Part shown: in pieces, positions 12,337 through 23,285 of the stretch
Numbering within the stretch: position 1 is the stretch's first letter
Layout: every line of letters begins with the position of its first letter
Assembly (NCBI GenBank): GCA_002633005.1
Contig: NMRA01000058.1
Location: 349,585 to 413,584 of the forward strand
Length of the DNA stretch: 64,000 nucleotides
Reading direction: 5' to 3'
Source of the DNA: Phoronis australis
Taxonomy: Eukaryota > Animalia > Phoronida
Program-made: the position numbers and the translations under genes
Notes under the pieces: model-generated
What the model was told of the DNA's origin: nothing
The model's input: the letters and a program-made list of their open reading frames with translations, nothing else
Database searches by the model: none

Positions 12337-13108
12337 GGTGGTCAAACCTGGTGACAGAATCTAGTAATGTATTATCAGAATATACCGGTAAAGTCACAAA
12401 ACCTTATAATGATCAACCCCAGTCGTGAAAGACTACAACCAGTGGCCTAATGTAATGTTGTTTACCAATTCAGATGTCGTATATACGAATGCCTTCGTCC
12501 TCAATCTCGTGAACAGTGTTACATTGGACATGGTGTTCTCTCTCATGACAGTAATGTCCATGCACTTGCAGGGGGGATCCATTCAAGATCACTTTGCACA
12601 CCAACATGGCCAAAAAATAACTAGGCGGGAAATAGTAAACAGTACCATCATTTGCTGTGTTGAAAATTACACATTTTGGCTAAAGATTTTGGAATCACTA
12701 ATGATTAGTTATGAAAAAGCTGCGTGGAATGAACAGCTCACAGGTGTGTAATGCACGCTGGCTGTATTTAGATAGAGTTGCGGGCTTCCTAACATGTGTT
12801 GCATTCACACTCTCTGCTTATATGTCCCTCTTCCCGCTGTCGCGTGTATTTCACTGTTTATTAGGGCTCTGTATGTGTTCATTCCACTCAATGCCTGATG
12901 ATGTAACATGAAGTCATGAAATACAGCTACTGTTTTGTTTGTTTTTTTGTTATCTGTCAGTTTGTTACTTTATACATGCATACCAGAAGAAAGGAGACTG
13001 TTCCAAAATTACCTGACGAGTATACCAGTATCAAGCTTGCTAACAAAAAGTCTAGTCGTGTCTTTAATGAAGTTTGTGTAAACGAAGGGCTACTAGCGAA
13101 TTATACTG
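12337..13108 (+). mobile_element. Penelope-like retroelement 3' fragment (GIY-YIG endonuclease plus pseudo-LTR), Naiad-like
   Basis: Frameshifted CNVVYQFRC..EC..CYIGH / MHLQGGSIQDHF..HGQKITRREIVNSTII..ILESLMI..EK...NEQ; degenerate CTGATGA..GAAA at ~12896-12922; ends with an ORF-start repeat FNEVCVNEGLLANYT. Confidence 0.75.
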
Positions 13109-13819
13109 AGTGAATATGAAATAAAACTTTACTAGTTATTAAACGTAACAGATTATCTTCGCCTAAGCAAATTGCAATGAGATATCGCTGTGATGGGCAT
13201 GAGTTCATATATAAATGTTCTCTGGACATTCCCAGATAAAATTAATTCTCGATATGATATGGCAGTAGCAATACTATGTATGTGGGCTAACCTATGTAAT
13301 ATTATGACAAATGAAAATAATATAGTCATTGAATATATACAAAAAATTATCTTATCGCACATGGAGGAGCAAAGGTGTGCGACAATCTGCCACAGATACA
13401 GATGGAGGTTGTATCCTCCTGACAGTGTGGATGCTTAGAAATTTGTAATGGTGATAGTAGCTTGTTATTATTAACAAAGAGTGTTGACTAAAGAAGTCAT
13501 ACACCCAGTGAACTTACAGTAGATCCAAAAAAAGATACAAACGGGCTCGATTGGCTGTCATCGTAATTGCCATTTGTGTAGTTAACTTTGGCGTTCTGCA
13601 AAATAGATCCTTTGAACTAAAGTCTTATAACATTGCATGATATTAATATTGCATTTACATGGGTTAAGTCTTAATTGTTCACCAGTGCCTCCAGCTAGCC
13701 AATTCCCACATTCTTGGTATTCTTAGACTTAAGTTACTAATACCATGCAAAAGCAGTATAAGCAGTGAAACTTCTGGTCTGGAAGCAATCTGATTAAGAG
13801 TCCAGTGTAAATGCATTAA

Positions 13820-15497
13820 AGGAGAATGCAACCCGATTTAATTAGCCTTTTTTGCCATCTTAATCGGTCTATATCCACGTCGCTTCGCATTCGGTCGACC
13901 TTACCTTGCCAAGAGGTGTCGCGTTAACCTGTGAGGAAGGTGAGAAACGACGCTAGCGACGTCAGTGGTTCATATGCAGAGTGAATGACGCTATGTTGCA
14001 GTGCATCATTCCCGCTTTTCCGAACTAAGCAGCTGCGAGGAAAGCGGGTATATCGTTTTTTTACTTCCTCGAGAGTCCGAAATGCTTAGGAAGTGGCTCA
14101 TTGTAGTGAAGAATGAAATGTACGCTGTAAATAGCGAGTATGAGGCCGTGAAACATCTCCGTGTCTGTGGCTTGCAGATGTCGACAGTGCCTGACGAATG
14201 CCGGCTTACCAAATAACTCCATACGTTCCGTTGTCTGAGCTTTTTCACGGCGCCTCTCTAGTATTTCTTCATCACTGTATTCCTGTTCGAATCAATAGCC
14301 TGTAAAGCTTAACGATCCACCTGCGAAGTCGGGACTGGTGAGCTCTAGCTCGTCCTAAGTCGGGATTGCGAGTTGCCATGTTGGCGTTTATTACTGAGCA
14401 TTCTGTTTCAAAATGAATTATTCTCACCCTAACCAATACTTATATAAAACTGAAACAAAGTCTGTCTCATTAGATGCAATTTGTGATGCCTTTGGAGTGT
14501 TCGTGAGTGCAAATGATTTGAAAAACCAGCAATGGATAAATCACTGCGTTACCCGGCTTTAAGTGCAATAAAACTAATTGACGGTTCACCGAGGCCGTGT
14601 GAGCTCATGCTAATTTAGTGTTTGCTGGCAGAAACTGTTGTGAAACAACTCAATTTCCATCCCACAGCCAGGTGTTAAGGGAATCTTTATTTACATTTAC
14701 ATTACTCAAATAATGATTGTCAATGTGCAACGTCTGCCCTGACGATGCTGCGGCCAAATCGTAACGTGAATTCGCGGCCCCCGACCAGTAAGTAGATTTG
14801 CAGTTTCGTGGCTAATTCACCAACATAATCACGTGCACATTACTTTGGCTCACTAGTATAGTATTTTCTTGACTGGAAGTTTAGTTTCCACTGAACTTTG
14901 GCTGGTTTATGTTCGTGATGTCTGATCAGTTTCCGAGCCACTAGACGGGATAACGAATCAATCTGGGCGGCCGCCATGGGCCTGAACGGGCTCAGAGCTA
15001 CTGGCCAGGATAACAAGCGTTTTGTGTTTAGAACTCAAAAAATCGCAAGTCTAAACAACACAGATCTAGGTTCTCCTGTCTGTATCTCACGGAAAATACT
15101 TCGAAATTATCTCCGAACATACCCCAAACTCCTGCTACGGACCTTATTGGCCTACCGAACTTTGTAGGCTACGTTGTGTCCAAATATCAATAAATCCGTA
15201 AGAGCGAAATAAGACAACACGTTTTTATAAGAACTCGGTGTATTTTTATGGGTTTTACATCGAAGTTTGATGATTTATTGGTGTTAAACGATGACTTGAA
15301 GGGATAAGCTGACACCAGTAACCCATGTTGTGAACTGCTGAACAGACTGCATGTGAAACCGATGACGTCACTGGATAATTTCAACACCTCCGTCTGCCGT
15401 CAGGTGTCAGGTAACGCAACCGTATGTGTCGTTATCAAGTAGAACTACTCGATCAAAATTGATACAAATTAGGTTGATTTTTGGGTGGCATGCTCCT
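13820..15497 (+). mobile_element. Non-autonomous Kolobok-type element with decayed THAP domain
   Basis: TTAA on both sides (13816-13819, 15498-15501); TIR AGGAGAATGCAACCC / GGGTGGCATGCTCCT; THAP remnant LPRESEMLRKWL..VKN..YEAVKHLRVCG at ~13985-14200. Confidence 0.82.
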
Positions 15498-16346
15498 TTA
15501 AGCAGTGTATGGTTTGGATTTTTAAAACAGAATGTGGCATTAGCCATTACCAAAGCATTTCAAAATTTTGAGATATTTCAACATTTTTTGAAAATTTCAG
15601 GTCCTAAAATATCTTATTAAAAAGCTGGGTATTAGTTTTTGGAAAACTAAAAAAGGTAACTAGATGTGGAGGGTAATTGGTTGCAGGCAGGCTTGTAATA
15701 ATATTTGTACGTGATAACCTCACACGTAAATTATCGAATATCGTACGAAAGAGTTTGAATATATATGTAGACATTGTGTGTCTTAATTTTTAGGTAAACG
15801 GTATATTTGAACTCTTATAATTTAAGTTTATGCATGCCAAAAAAACATAAAACCCCTACAACAAAACATAATTGCCGTTCCGTGAGTGAAACACAGTGGC
15901 ATGAAATTGTGATGCTGTTTGAGCTAAAATATCTAAACTAAAACGGGGACTAATTTTATTAACATGTCATAACAAACATGTGGGACACCAAAGAAAATAT
16001 TAAATAAAATTAATGGCCCAACATTTTGCATAGATGCAAAAACAATAAAATTCAAGGTAATCAATATCAAGAAAAAACAATTACCCCGAAGTAAGAAAAT
16101 CAGTAAATCGGAAAATTTGAGTAAAGCCATTAAAACATAAGACTGACCTCGTGCAATGACATTAGGTATACCATTCTCAAAAGAATTCCAATCATTTTAA
16201 TTACAGTGACTTCATGGAAATTTCGCATTTGTCAAAGGTGTTTATGGTTAGGGCCCAAGCAGTAATGGAAAAACTTACTCCATGACCCCCAGATCTTTGC
16301 AGATTTGTAGTAAACTTTGGTGGAAACACAGCTTAACTTTTTGTTT

Positions 16347-16626
16347 GAAAGCTTGTGTTGAATGAGCAGCAGGTGTCTACTGCATGCTGGCTGTTTTGAT
16401 AGGGTTGTGGGCTTCCCGCCGTGTGTTGCATTCACACTCTCTGTATTTCACTATGTTTTAATTTGTTAGTTTGTTATGTCTCTCTGTGTTTTACTACATA
16501 GCTGCACACCTGAAGAAAGGACATTTTTTGCCACTACGAGTGACTCTGTAATAAAGCTTTCAAACAAAAAGTTTAGTTGCTTTTAACAAAGGTTGTGTTA
16601 ACGAAACGCTGCTACCGAACTATACA
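16347..16626 (+). repeat. Short 3' fragment of the same Penelope-like family as 12337-13108
   Basis: Collinear similarity to 12715-13108 (GCTGGCTGT..TGTGTTGCATTCACACTCTCTG..AACGAA..GCTAC..AACTATAC). Confidence 0.7.
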
Positions 16627-17962
16627 GATTTGTAGTATGCAAAGATTAAAATATAAATTATGCAAAAAAATAAATTCAACGATAAATTAAAACGCCTTTT
16701 AATTCAAATGCATACTCATTCCAATTACCGTAAACGTTTGGGTTAACGCCCATGTTCAGTTAACCGCCCATCCCCTACTTTAGGTCGATTTTCGATTTAA
16801 CCGCGCACTGCTCGCTTAACCGCCCCTCTGCGATTTTTGAAGATTTCCAGTTAAGCGCCCACCTCTCGGTTAAGCGCCCATCCCCGACTTTTGAACATTG
16901 ATGATTAAGCGCCCAGTGCTAAGGAAACGCGCGATTACCCAGTTTTAGGGAGACTGTGATTCGGCAATGTGAATTATAATACAAGTAACAAATTATTGTC
17001 CCGGGCCATGGATTTACTTCAAAATGTAATACCTTGTACGCTTTGTCACTTTATTTTCTTTCCTTTTTCGCAAAACTAAGATCCCTGCTGGCTTCAATAC
17101 ATAAGATTTCAGCGATGCCGTCTGCCGCGCTAAGTTTCTGTCTGCTGTGCTCTAGATAAAACATTATTCGAAAAAATAAAGCCAGAGGAACGTGACAGTG
17201 GTCTTGCCAACACTCCACATTCGCTTTTGGTTGGAAGTTCTCGGATTTGCAAGAATTCTCATAACACACGGAAAGGTGTCAAATTCTCCCTATTTTGATT
17301 AATGTAATTGCTGGGTTATTGAGGCTGTCCATCTTTCGAGTACTAGTAAGGACGCGTTGCTGGTTAGATCTCGTCACTAGTCGCATAGCAAACCAGGCGT
17401 GCGTTCACTAATGCGCTAGGACCTAGCGAAAATCTAGCCAAAGTCACGTGTTCTTATTGAAAGTGCAAGGCAACATCTCACATAATCTCGCGAGGTCATG
17501 CTTCTTAGCGAGTTCCTAGCATTACTGCTTTATCTTCAAATTATTTTACCGACGCTGTGCGTGTACGAACTAATTTTCCCTCGGACTCCAGCCAAAGTGA
17601 TTAGTAATTTTTAAAATAAAATCTTAAAAGCGAAGGCAACCTTTTTCCATGTCATTTTGAGCTAAAATAAGGTGGGTTGGTTATCCTAGACATATTTTCC
17701 ACATAATTACAGATTTTCGTAATTTTATTAATTACTCGTCCGATACTCCGGAAGTGACGTTTTAGGAGGCAAGCGTTTCCCGCCACTTGGTTTTACGTTG
17801 ACTTTTAACGTGCAAATCTGTTCTATTCTACTTTTGTTTTGTGCTGTTTTTCAACAATTGTCGCCACCACTTTCCATTGGCGAGTATTCTGCGGCAAGAT
17901 AGGTTAGTAGAGAACTCAACTACGTTGGATTTAGGGATTGTTTAGTGTGCTGTAAGCTGAAA

Positions 17963-18262
17963 ATGGCTGGAGTCGGTGACCCATATCACAGTGACAGTAG
18001 TGTAAGTGACGGAGACCTTGTTCACAGCAGTGGTGTCGAGGAATTTTTTCACGGACATTCAGTGGGTGGGTACATGTTTGAGCCCGAGTATAACGAAGCA
18101 GAGTACGCACAGGCACAGGCAGCTGTTGAGAGAAACGAGGCGGCTACTGAAGACAGACGTGGTGACACATCTTGGTGCAAATGCACTGTGTGCGTTGTTA
18201 TGCCTACCTCAATGGAATGCTTGTGCTGTTCAGAGTTTGACGAGGCCAAGCCACTACTGGAC
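17963..18262 (+). pseudogene. KolX-like accessory protein N-terminal half (Cys-rich, P2X7 ballast/Nanor-like)
   Basis: GYMFEPEY..DRRGDTSWCKCTVCVVMPTSMECLCCSEF matches the YxFEP..WCxCxxCxxMxTxxECxCCxE signature; similarity ends at the deletion junction (~18260). Confidence 0.8.
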
Positions 18263-19056
18263 ATGGTTAAGTGGACCTCCGGCATACCACGGACAGAGGA
18301 ACAACTGTCCCACTTGCCAGAGTGTCCCGCGACACACTCCCACTGGATGGTGACCTGAGCACCCAAACTGCTTACATCGTGTCGTGTGACTCCCTCGCCA
18401 CACACCTGGCACCTTCTAAATAGCTCCAACACTTTAGACAAGTCCACAATAAACTTATCAAAGTTTGGCTCACCGATCTGTTCACTGGACGACGAACTGT
18501 CCTCTTCACTGGGTGTCGAACTGAGCCTGTAATCACTCCCACTACTCAATATCGCTGCAGGGCTGCTTAGAGGCTCTGGGCTGGAGAAAACAGCACAGGG
18601 CGAATCACTACTGGTTCCAGGAATTGCACGCTCTGGGGTACGTTCGGAGGCACGGGTGACAGTAGATGAAGTGCCTCCACTGGCTCCAGTCACTGTACTG
18701 GCCACAGCTCGCGAGGCTTCTCGCTTCAAAAACGCACTTCTCGGGGGTGGCGACGGGGCACTGCCGGGAATCAACACAGACGGAATGGCATCCTTCTTCA
18801 AGCGTTGTTTCGCGGGGACCTTCATCAGTTCAGCGTACAAATCCCTTTCGTAATCGGACGGCAGAAAGTGCTTGCCACACACACGGTAATTCTCCACTGC
18901 TTTGTACGTTGCGTGGACGGGTAACGCTGCGTTCTTCACACGAACGAGCCAAGTACGGCGAAGTGTGTCATCCATCGGAAAGCGATGCAAAGGTACTCCC
19001 AAAGCGCGCGTGAGCCGATAATTAGTACATTCCGGTACGCAGCAACAGTGTGGCAT
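18260..19056 (-). pseudogene. Kolobok transposase N-terminal part (THAP plus second Zn finger), catalytic domain deleted
   Basis: MPHCCCVPECTN..LHRFP..RTWL..RVCGKHF..SDY..LKKDAIPSV (THAP); KFIVDLSKVLELFRRCQVC..G..VTIQWECVAGH..KWDS..MP..L; no DDE follows. Confidence 0.85.
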
Positions 19057-20525
19057 GTTGACCGACTAGTAAATGAAAGCAAACGACGACGGAACTTAAC
19101 ACAACCGAGGTAAAACAATGACCGACTCGGCAGCTCTCACAGTCAGACTATATGAAAAGAAATTGGCACGAAATGCTTGCCTCCTAAAACGTCACTTCCG
19201 CAGTAGCGGACGAGTAATTAATAAAATTACGAAAAGCTGTAATTAAGTGGAAAATATGTCTAGGATAATCAACCAATCTTATTTTAGCTCAAAATGACAT
19301 GGATAAGGTTGCCTTCGCCATTGAGCAAATAATTGTTCTTGAGTACTGCCGTTGTGGTAACCGTGTTTTGGTTGAAAACTGCCTCGAGGGTATCCATTTG
19401 TCTGCGACTTATGTCATCATTGAGTACTGTAGCATGTTTCACGCTACAGGTGAGCGGCGCTGGGCTGTCAGGATAACACAGCCGCCTGTAAACCATACGT
19501 AATTAATTCATTGAGTCACGGAGTCCCGAACATGAGCATCGCAAACCCCCAAAACAAATCTGAATTAAGTTTTTCAAACTTATATTACAACTAATTTTAA
19601 ACTGCTCTTTAGCTCAGAACTTGGACAGCTAGCACTCGGGACTGTAGCCGTAAATGCTGTGACCTCTGCAGCACGTGAAGCTTGCACGCGCGCACTAATC
19701 AAACGAAAAAATCGGTCAGCGCGCGCGTGACTACAACTGGGTTAAAATGACAACGCAGCTACCGTCTGCTACGCAGGTGGACATGTTCACCAATGTCTGC
19801 GAAGTATAGTGAAATGAAGAGAAGAATTCGCAATAATCGTTCTTATCTGAGGCGCTGAATTATGCAGCACACTGTCTATGCAAACGTTCGGAATTTGACC
19901 GTAGTCCACAAATTCGAAACAGTGTGTTAGAGTGCGCAGGATACACATTTCGTGACGATAAAGCTCTTTGCAAAGTGTTACAAGTTCTGACTATGTACGT
20001 GTGAGGACTAAGATCACGAGGTAAGATTAACTGCCCAGGGCAGTTGTCTGTCGTAATAAGCGCCCATGTTCGGTTAACCGTCCACCCGCGATTTCTTGAA
20101 ATTTCACATTTAAGCGCCCACTTCTGGTTAACCGCCCACCCCCGAATTTTTGGGTTCGCCAATTTAATTGCCCAAGGCATTAACCCAAACGTTTACGGTA
20201 GTTTCATACATACTGGAATGAAGAAATCAAAAAGATGGCACCAATGAAAGGGATGCTGAAAATAGAATTTTGAAAATGCATGCATAGGTTGAATGGGGCC
20301 CTGAATTATCCCACCTGAACAGGGTTGTTCCGTAGACACAAGAAGTTCCTGACACTCAAGATAATTTAAGTCTTCGAGAGATAACATGCCCCAGAAGTGA
20401 AGCATGTGAGCACAATAGCTTCCCTTGCAAAAATTCTTGTGTCTTCAGAATGCAGCCCAAATTAAGTGTTCTCAGTCCCTTCGACCTATGTGGCAAAGAA
20501 TATTTTTAGTACAGTAAATACTTGC

Positions 20526-20659
20526 CTTATTCTCCACATGGTACATTGGACGGCTGGTGAACAGTGGTTCTGATGCAAACGGCTGTTGTCCCATCTCTTT
20601 CAGTTTCTGCCGAGATCTTTCCAAGTCGACTGGAGACTTGGGTGGAATCACAAATGGAC
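20526..20659 (-). CDS. Minus-strand gene, 134-bp exon with probable GC donor
   Basis: TTTGTTAG acceptor; (G)PFVIPPKSPVDLERSRQKLKEMGQQPFASEPLFTSRPMYHVENK then AAG|GCAAGT; phase 1-0 fits both neighbours. Confidence 0.72.
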
Positions 20660-20863
20660 CTAACAAATATAAAATTCAATTGCTGTAAATTTTAGTGCTC
20701 AAACTATGGAATTGAACTGCTCATCACCTTCAACTGCAGTAGCTAGTGTTTCCATATCAAATGAAAGGGCCAAAAGCATACTTAAAAGTAAATTAATTGA
20801 CGGTTTCTCACCTGTGCTCACGGTTTATAAAATATTTTCTAATACTCATCTTTTCTGTTAACC

Positions 20864-23285
20864 AACAACAGCAACGCGAAGGGTTAAAATGCACCCACTA
20901 ATGCATCGCAAATGGTATGCTTTTAGGGTTGCTTATTTGTATCATCAAAATGGCCACTAGATGGCGCAAAATACGTCGAATTCGTCTGAACACCAGAAAA
21001 TGTCATCGTTTCATTAAAAAAAACATTTACCAAATTTCATTAAAATTCATCGAGGAACTTCAGAGAAACAGAAGAAAATGAAAAGAAAAAATGAAATTGC
21101 CACTAGGGGCAAAGTCTTCGTGGGATCCGTCTACAAGTTATCGTGTTCTCTTGTTAACTTCACATAAATACACAAGCTAAATTTAATAAAGATCCTGCTG
21201 AGGGCTTAGAAGATACAAGTATGGGTGCAAAAAACAAAACCACCACTAGCAGGTGCCACAGAAGTCGAAGTCGTTGGAAATTACTCGTCAACCGTGCCCT
21301 TCATGGAAGGAATATACATGCCAACTTTCACAATCATCCTTAGAGTGGTTTGGTTGGCAGAGGGAGGGATGGCAAAAAACAGACTTGAAAACAACAAAAA
21401 TGGCCACTAGATGGCGCAAAATACGATGAATCAATCAGAAGATGAATGGCTAACGTCACCTTACTAATAGATGTCTACGTGCCAAATTTTATGGAAATCT
21501 GTTGAGGACCTTTGAAGATACGGAGGTAAACGAAAAAAAAAACTACAATTGCCACTAGGGGGCACACCGGTTGACCGATCTGTCCGAAAGTCGCCGTCGT
21601 CTGTTCTCAACTTCATATAAATACATTTGCTAAATTTAATAAAGATCCTGTAGAGCATTTAGGGGATACAGCCATGGGCAAAAACAAACAAAACTGCCAC
21701 TAGGAGGCGCCACAGTTGTCGAAGTTGTCAAAAAATCATCGTCAACTGCCTTCTTCATAGTAAGAACCTATATGCCAATTTTCACAATCATCCTTGGAGT
21801 GGTTTGATTGTTAGAGGGGCAGACGCCGAAAAAACGACTCGAAAATAGTAAAAATGGCCACTAGATGGCGCAAAATGCCTCAAATCCATCTGAAAACCCG
21901 AGGATAGCGTCAACTTATTAATAGATGCCTATGTGTCAAATTTCTTGAAAATCGGTTAAGGACCTTTGAAAATACAGAGGTAAACGTAAAAAACTAAAAT
22001 TGCCACTAGGGGGCACGGCGGTATTTGGATCGGTCCACAACGCCAGAAATTTGTAACATGCACTACTGCGCATGCGCTAAATCTTGCCAGCAGCCCTCCA
22101 TAAGAAATACACAAGAACAGGCTATAATCAGGAATTTATAAGTGAGGGGAGATAACTACACAATTTGCCGATAGCCTGTGGCATAGAGTGTATGTTCAGA
22201 CTTGTCACTGCCAAATATCAGCGTCATTGGTGAAAATTTTTCCACGTCTCTTGAAGTTTGAAGTTTGCTCCATTCAGGCCTATGTTAACGATCATCCGGA
22301 AGCCAGTATTTGAGCGCATAGCTCATTTTGAAGTCAAGTTTGTGGCTGAATTCATTTTGCCATCGGATTTGCCGATAGCGTACATGATTACCAGGAGTAC
22401 TCAGAGGTTGCTGGTCCAAATTTCATGCTGTTTTTCGAAAATTTTTCCACGTCTCTTGTGTTCAGAAAATGGATCCACGTACAGTGCTGTGATGACGAAA
22501 TGTTGCCGATCGCCCGGCTGTCTTGCAATGGAATTTGCACTCTGTATAGATGAGAGATTAGCTCAGAATCAGTAAGAAACTGTTATGTTCATTTTCTCAT
22601 CCGGTATGAGTTTAGAAATACTTTCGAAGTTTGAAAAAAGTCTGATTTTATACAGTTTTATGCAGGTTTTTCACCTGTGAGTATGGTTGATACTAGTTAT
22701 CTTCAAAACGTTGTTTCGTTTTTTGTGATCCACAGAACGTTACATTGGAGTGGATTCCGGACACAAATATGTATTGGCAAACATCTGAAAATTAATAAAA
22801 AGCGCTTTGGCAGCCCGCTTAAGGCTGCAAGCACATGCCGGCTGGATGGCGTTCAATTCACTTTTGTGGTGCTTATGTGTAGGCCTCCAAGTTAACATAG
22901 AGCTGTGACCCCAATGACCCAGCTAGCACTGTCATACTGTAGACTGGAATTGCAGAAATTCCAAAGACTGTTATTGTAAACTTGACAACAAGTATTGCTC
23001 TGCAGACTATACTGACTTCAGTCGGCGCCCAAGCATCCTGACCTTTAACCTTACTGTGCATTGTTATGATTGGTTAGGGACATGGCGCAAAGCGTCACCT
23101 AGCGGATCAAGAATGTTACAAATTTCTGGCGTTGAAACTTGTCGCCCTCTGTCGTCAACCCCATAGGAACACACCTGCCAAATTTTAATAAGATCCTGCA
23201 AGGGGTTTAGGAGATACAGCCGCAGACGCCCAGACAGAGATGACGGCAATACGCGACCACATATAAATATGTGGGCGCATAAAAA
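20864..23285 (-). mobile_element. HINE/DINE-1-like element, copy 2 (inverted), interrupted by a TIR element
   Basis: Reverse complement of the 4692 family ends (GTGGGCGCATAAAAA at 23271-23285; ATGCACCCAC at ~20889); ~450-bp tandem core units. Confidence 0.78.
22038..23134. mobile_element. Unclassified 1.1-kb TIR element
   Basis: Perfect 22-bp TIR CAACGCCAGAAATTTGTAACAT / ATGTTACAAATTTCTGGCGTTG; host repeat sequence resumes on both sides. Confidence 0.8.

Larger units (their letters stand above)
17628..19320. mobile_element. Internally deleted Kolobok DNA transposon nested in the pogo-like element
   Basis: ~150-bp imperfect TIRs (17628-17780 vs 19170-19320), flanked by TTAA and TTGA; two convergent truncated ORFs. 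Confidence 0.85.
16728..20198. mobile_element. Non-autonomous pogo-like element with CCGTA termini, copy 1
   Basis: TA|CCGTAAACGTTTGGGTTAA ... TTAACCCAAACGTTTACGG|TA; many subterminal TAACCGCCC/TAAGCGCCC motifs; arms shared with 36275-39777. Confidence 0.85.

Noticed and set aside
16728-16920. Regularly spaced TAACCGCCC repeats resembling a CRISPR array
   Set aside because: Repeats are only ~9-12 bp, irregularly spaced, mirrored at the other end of a TIR element, in eukaryotic DNA with no cas genes.
18049-19056. 335-aa ORF as an intact host THAP gene
   Set aside because: It lies between Kolobok TIRs, lacks the catalytic domain, and its last ~70 codons are the antisense of the KolX-like ORF.
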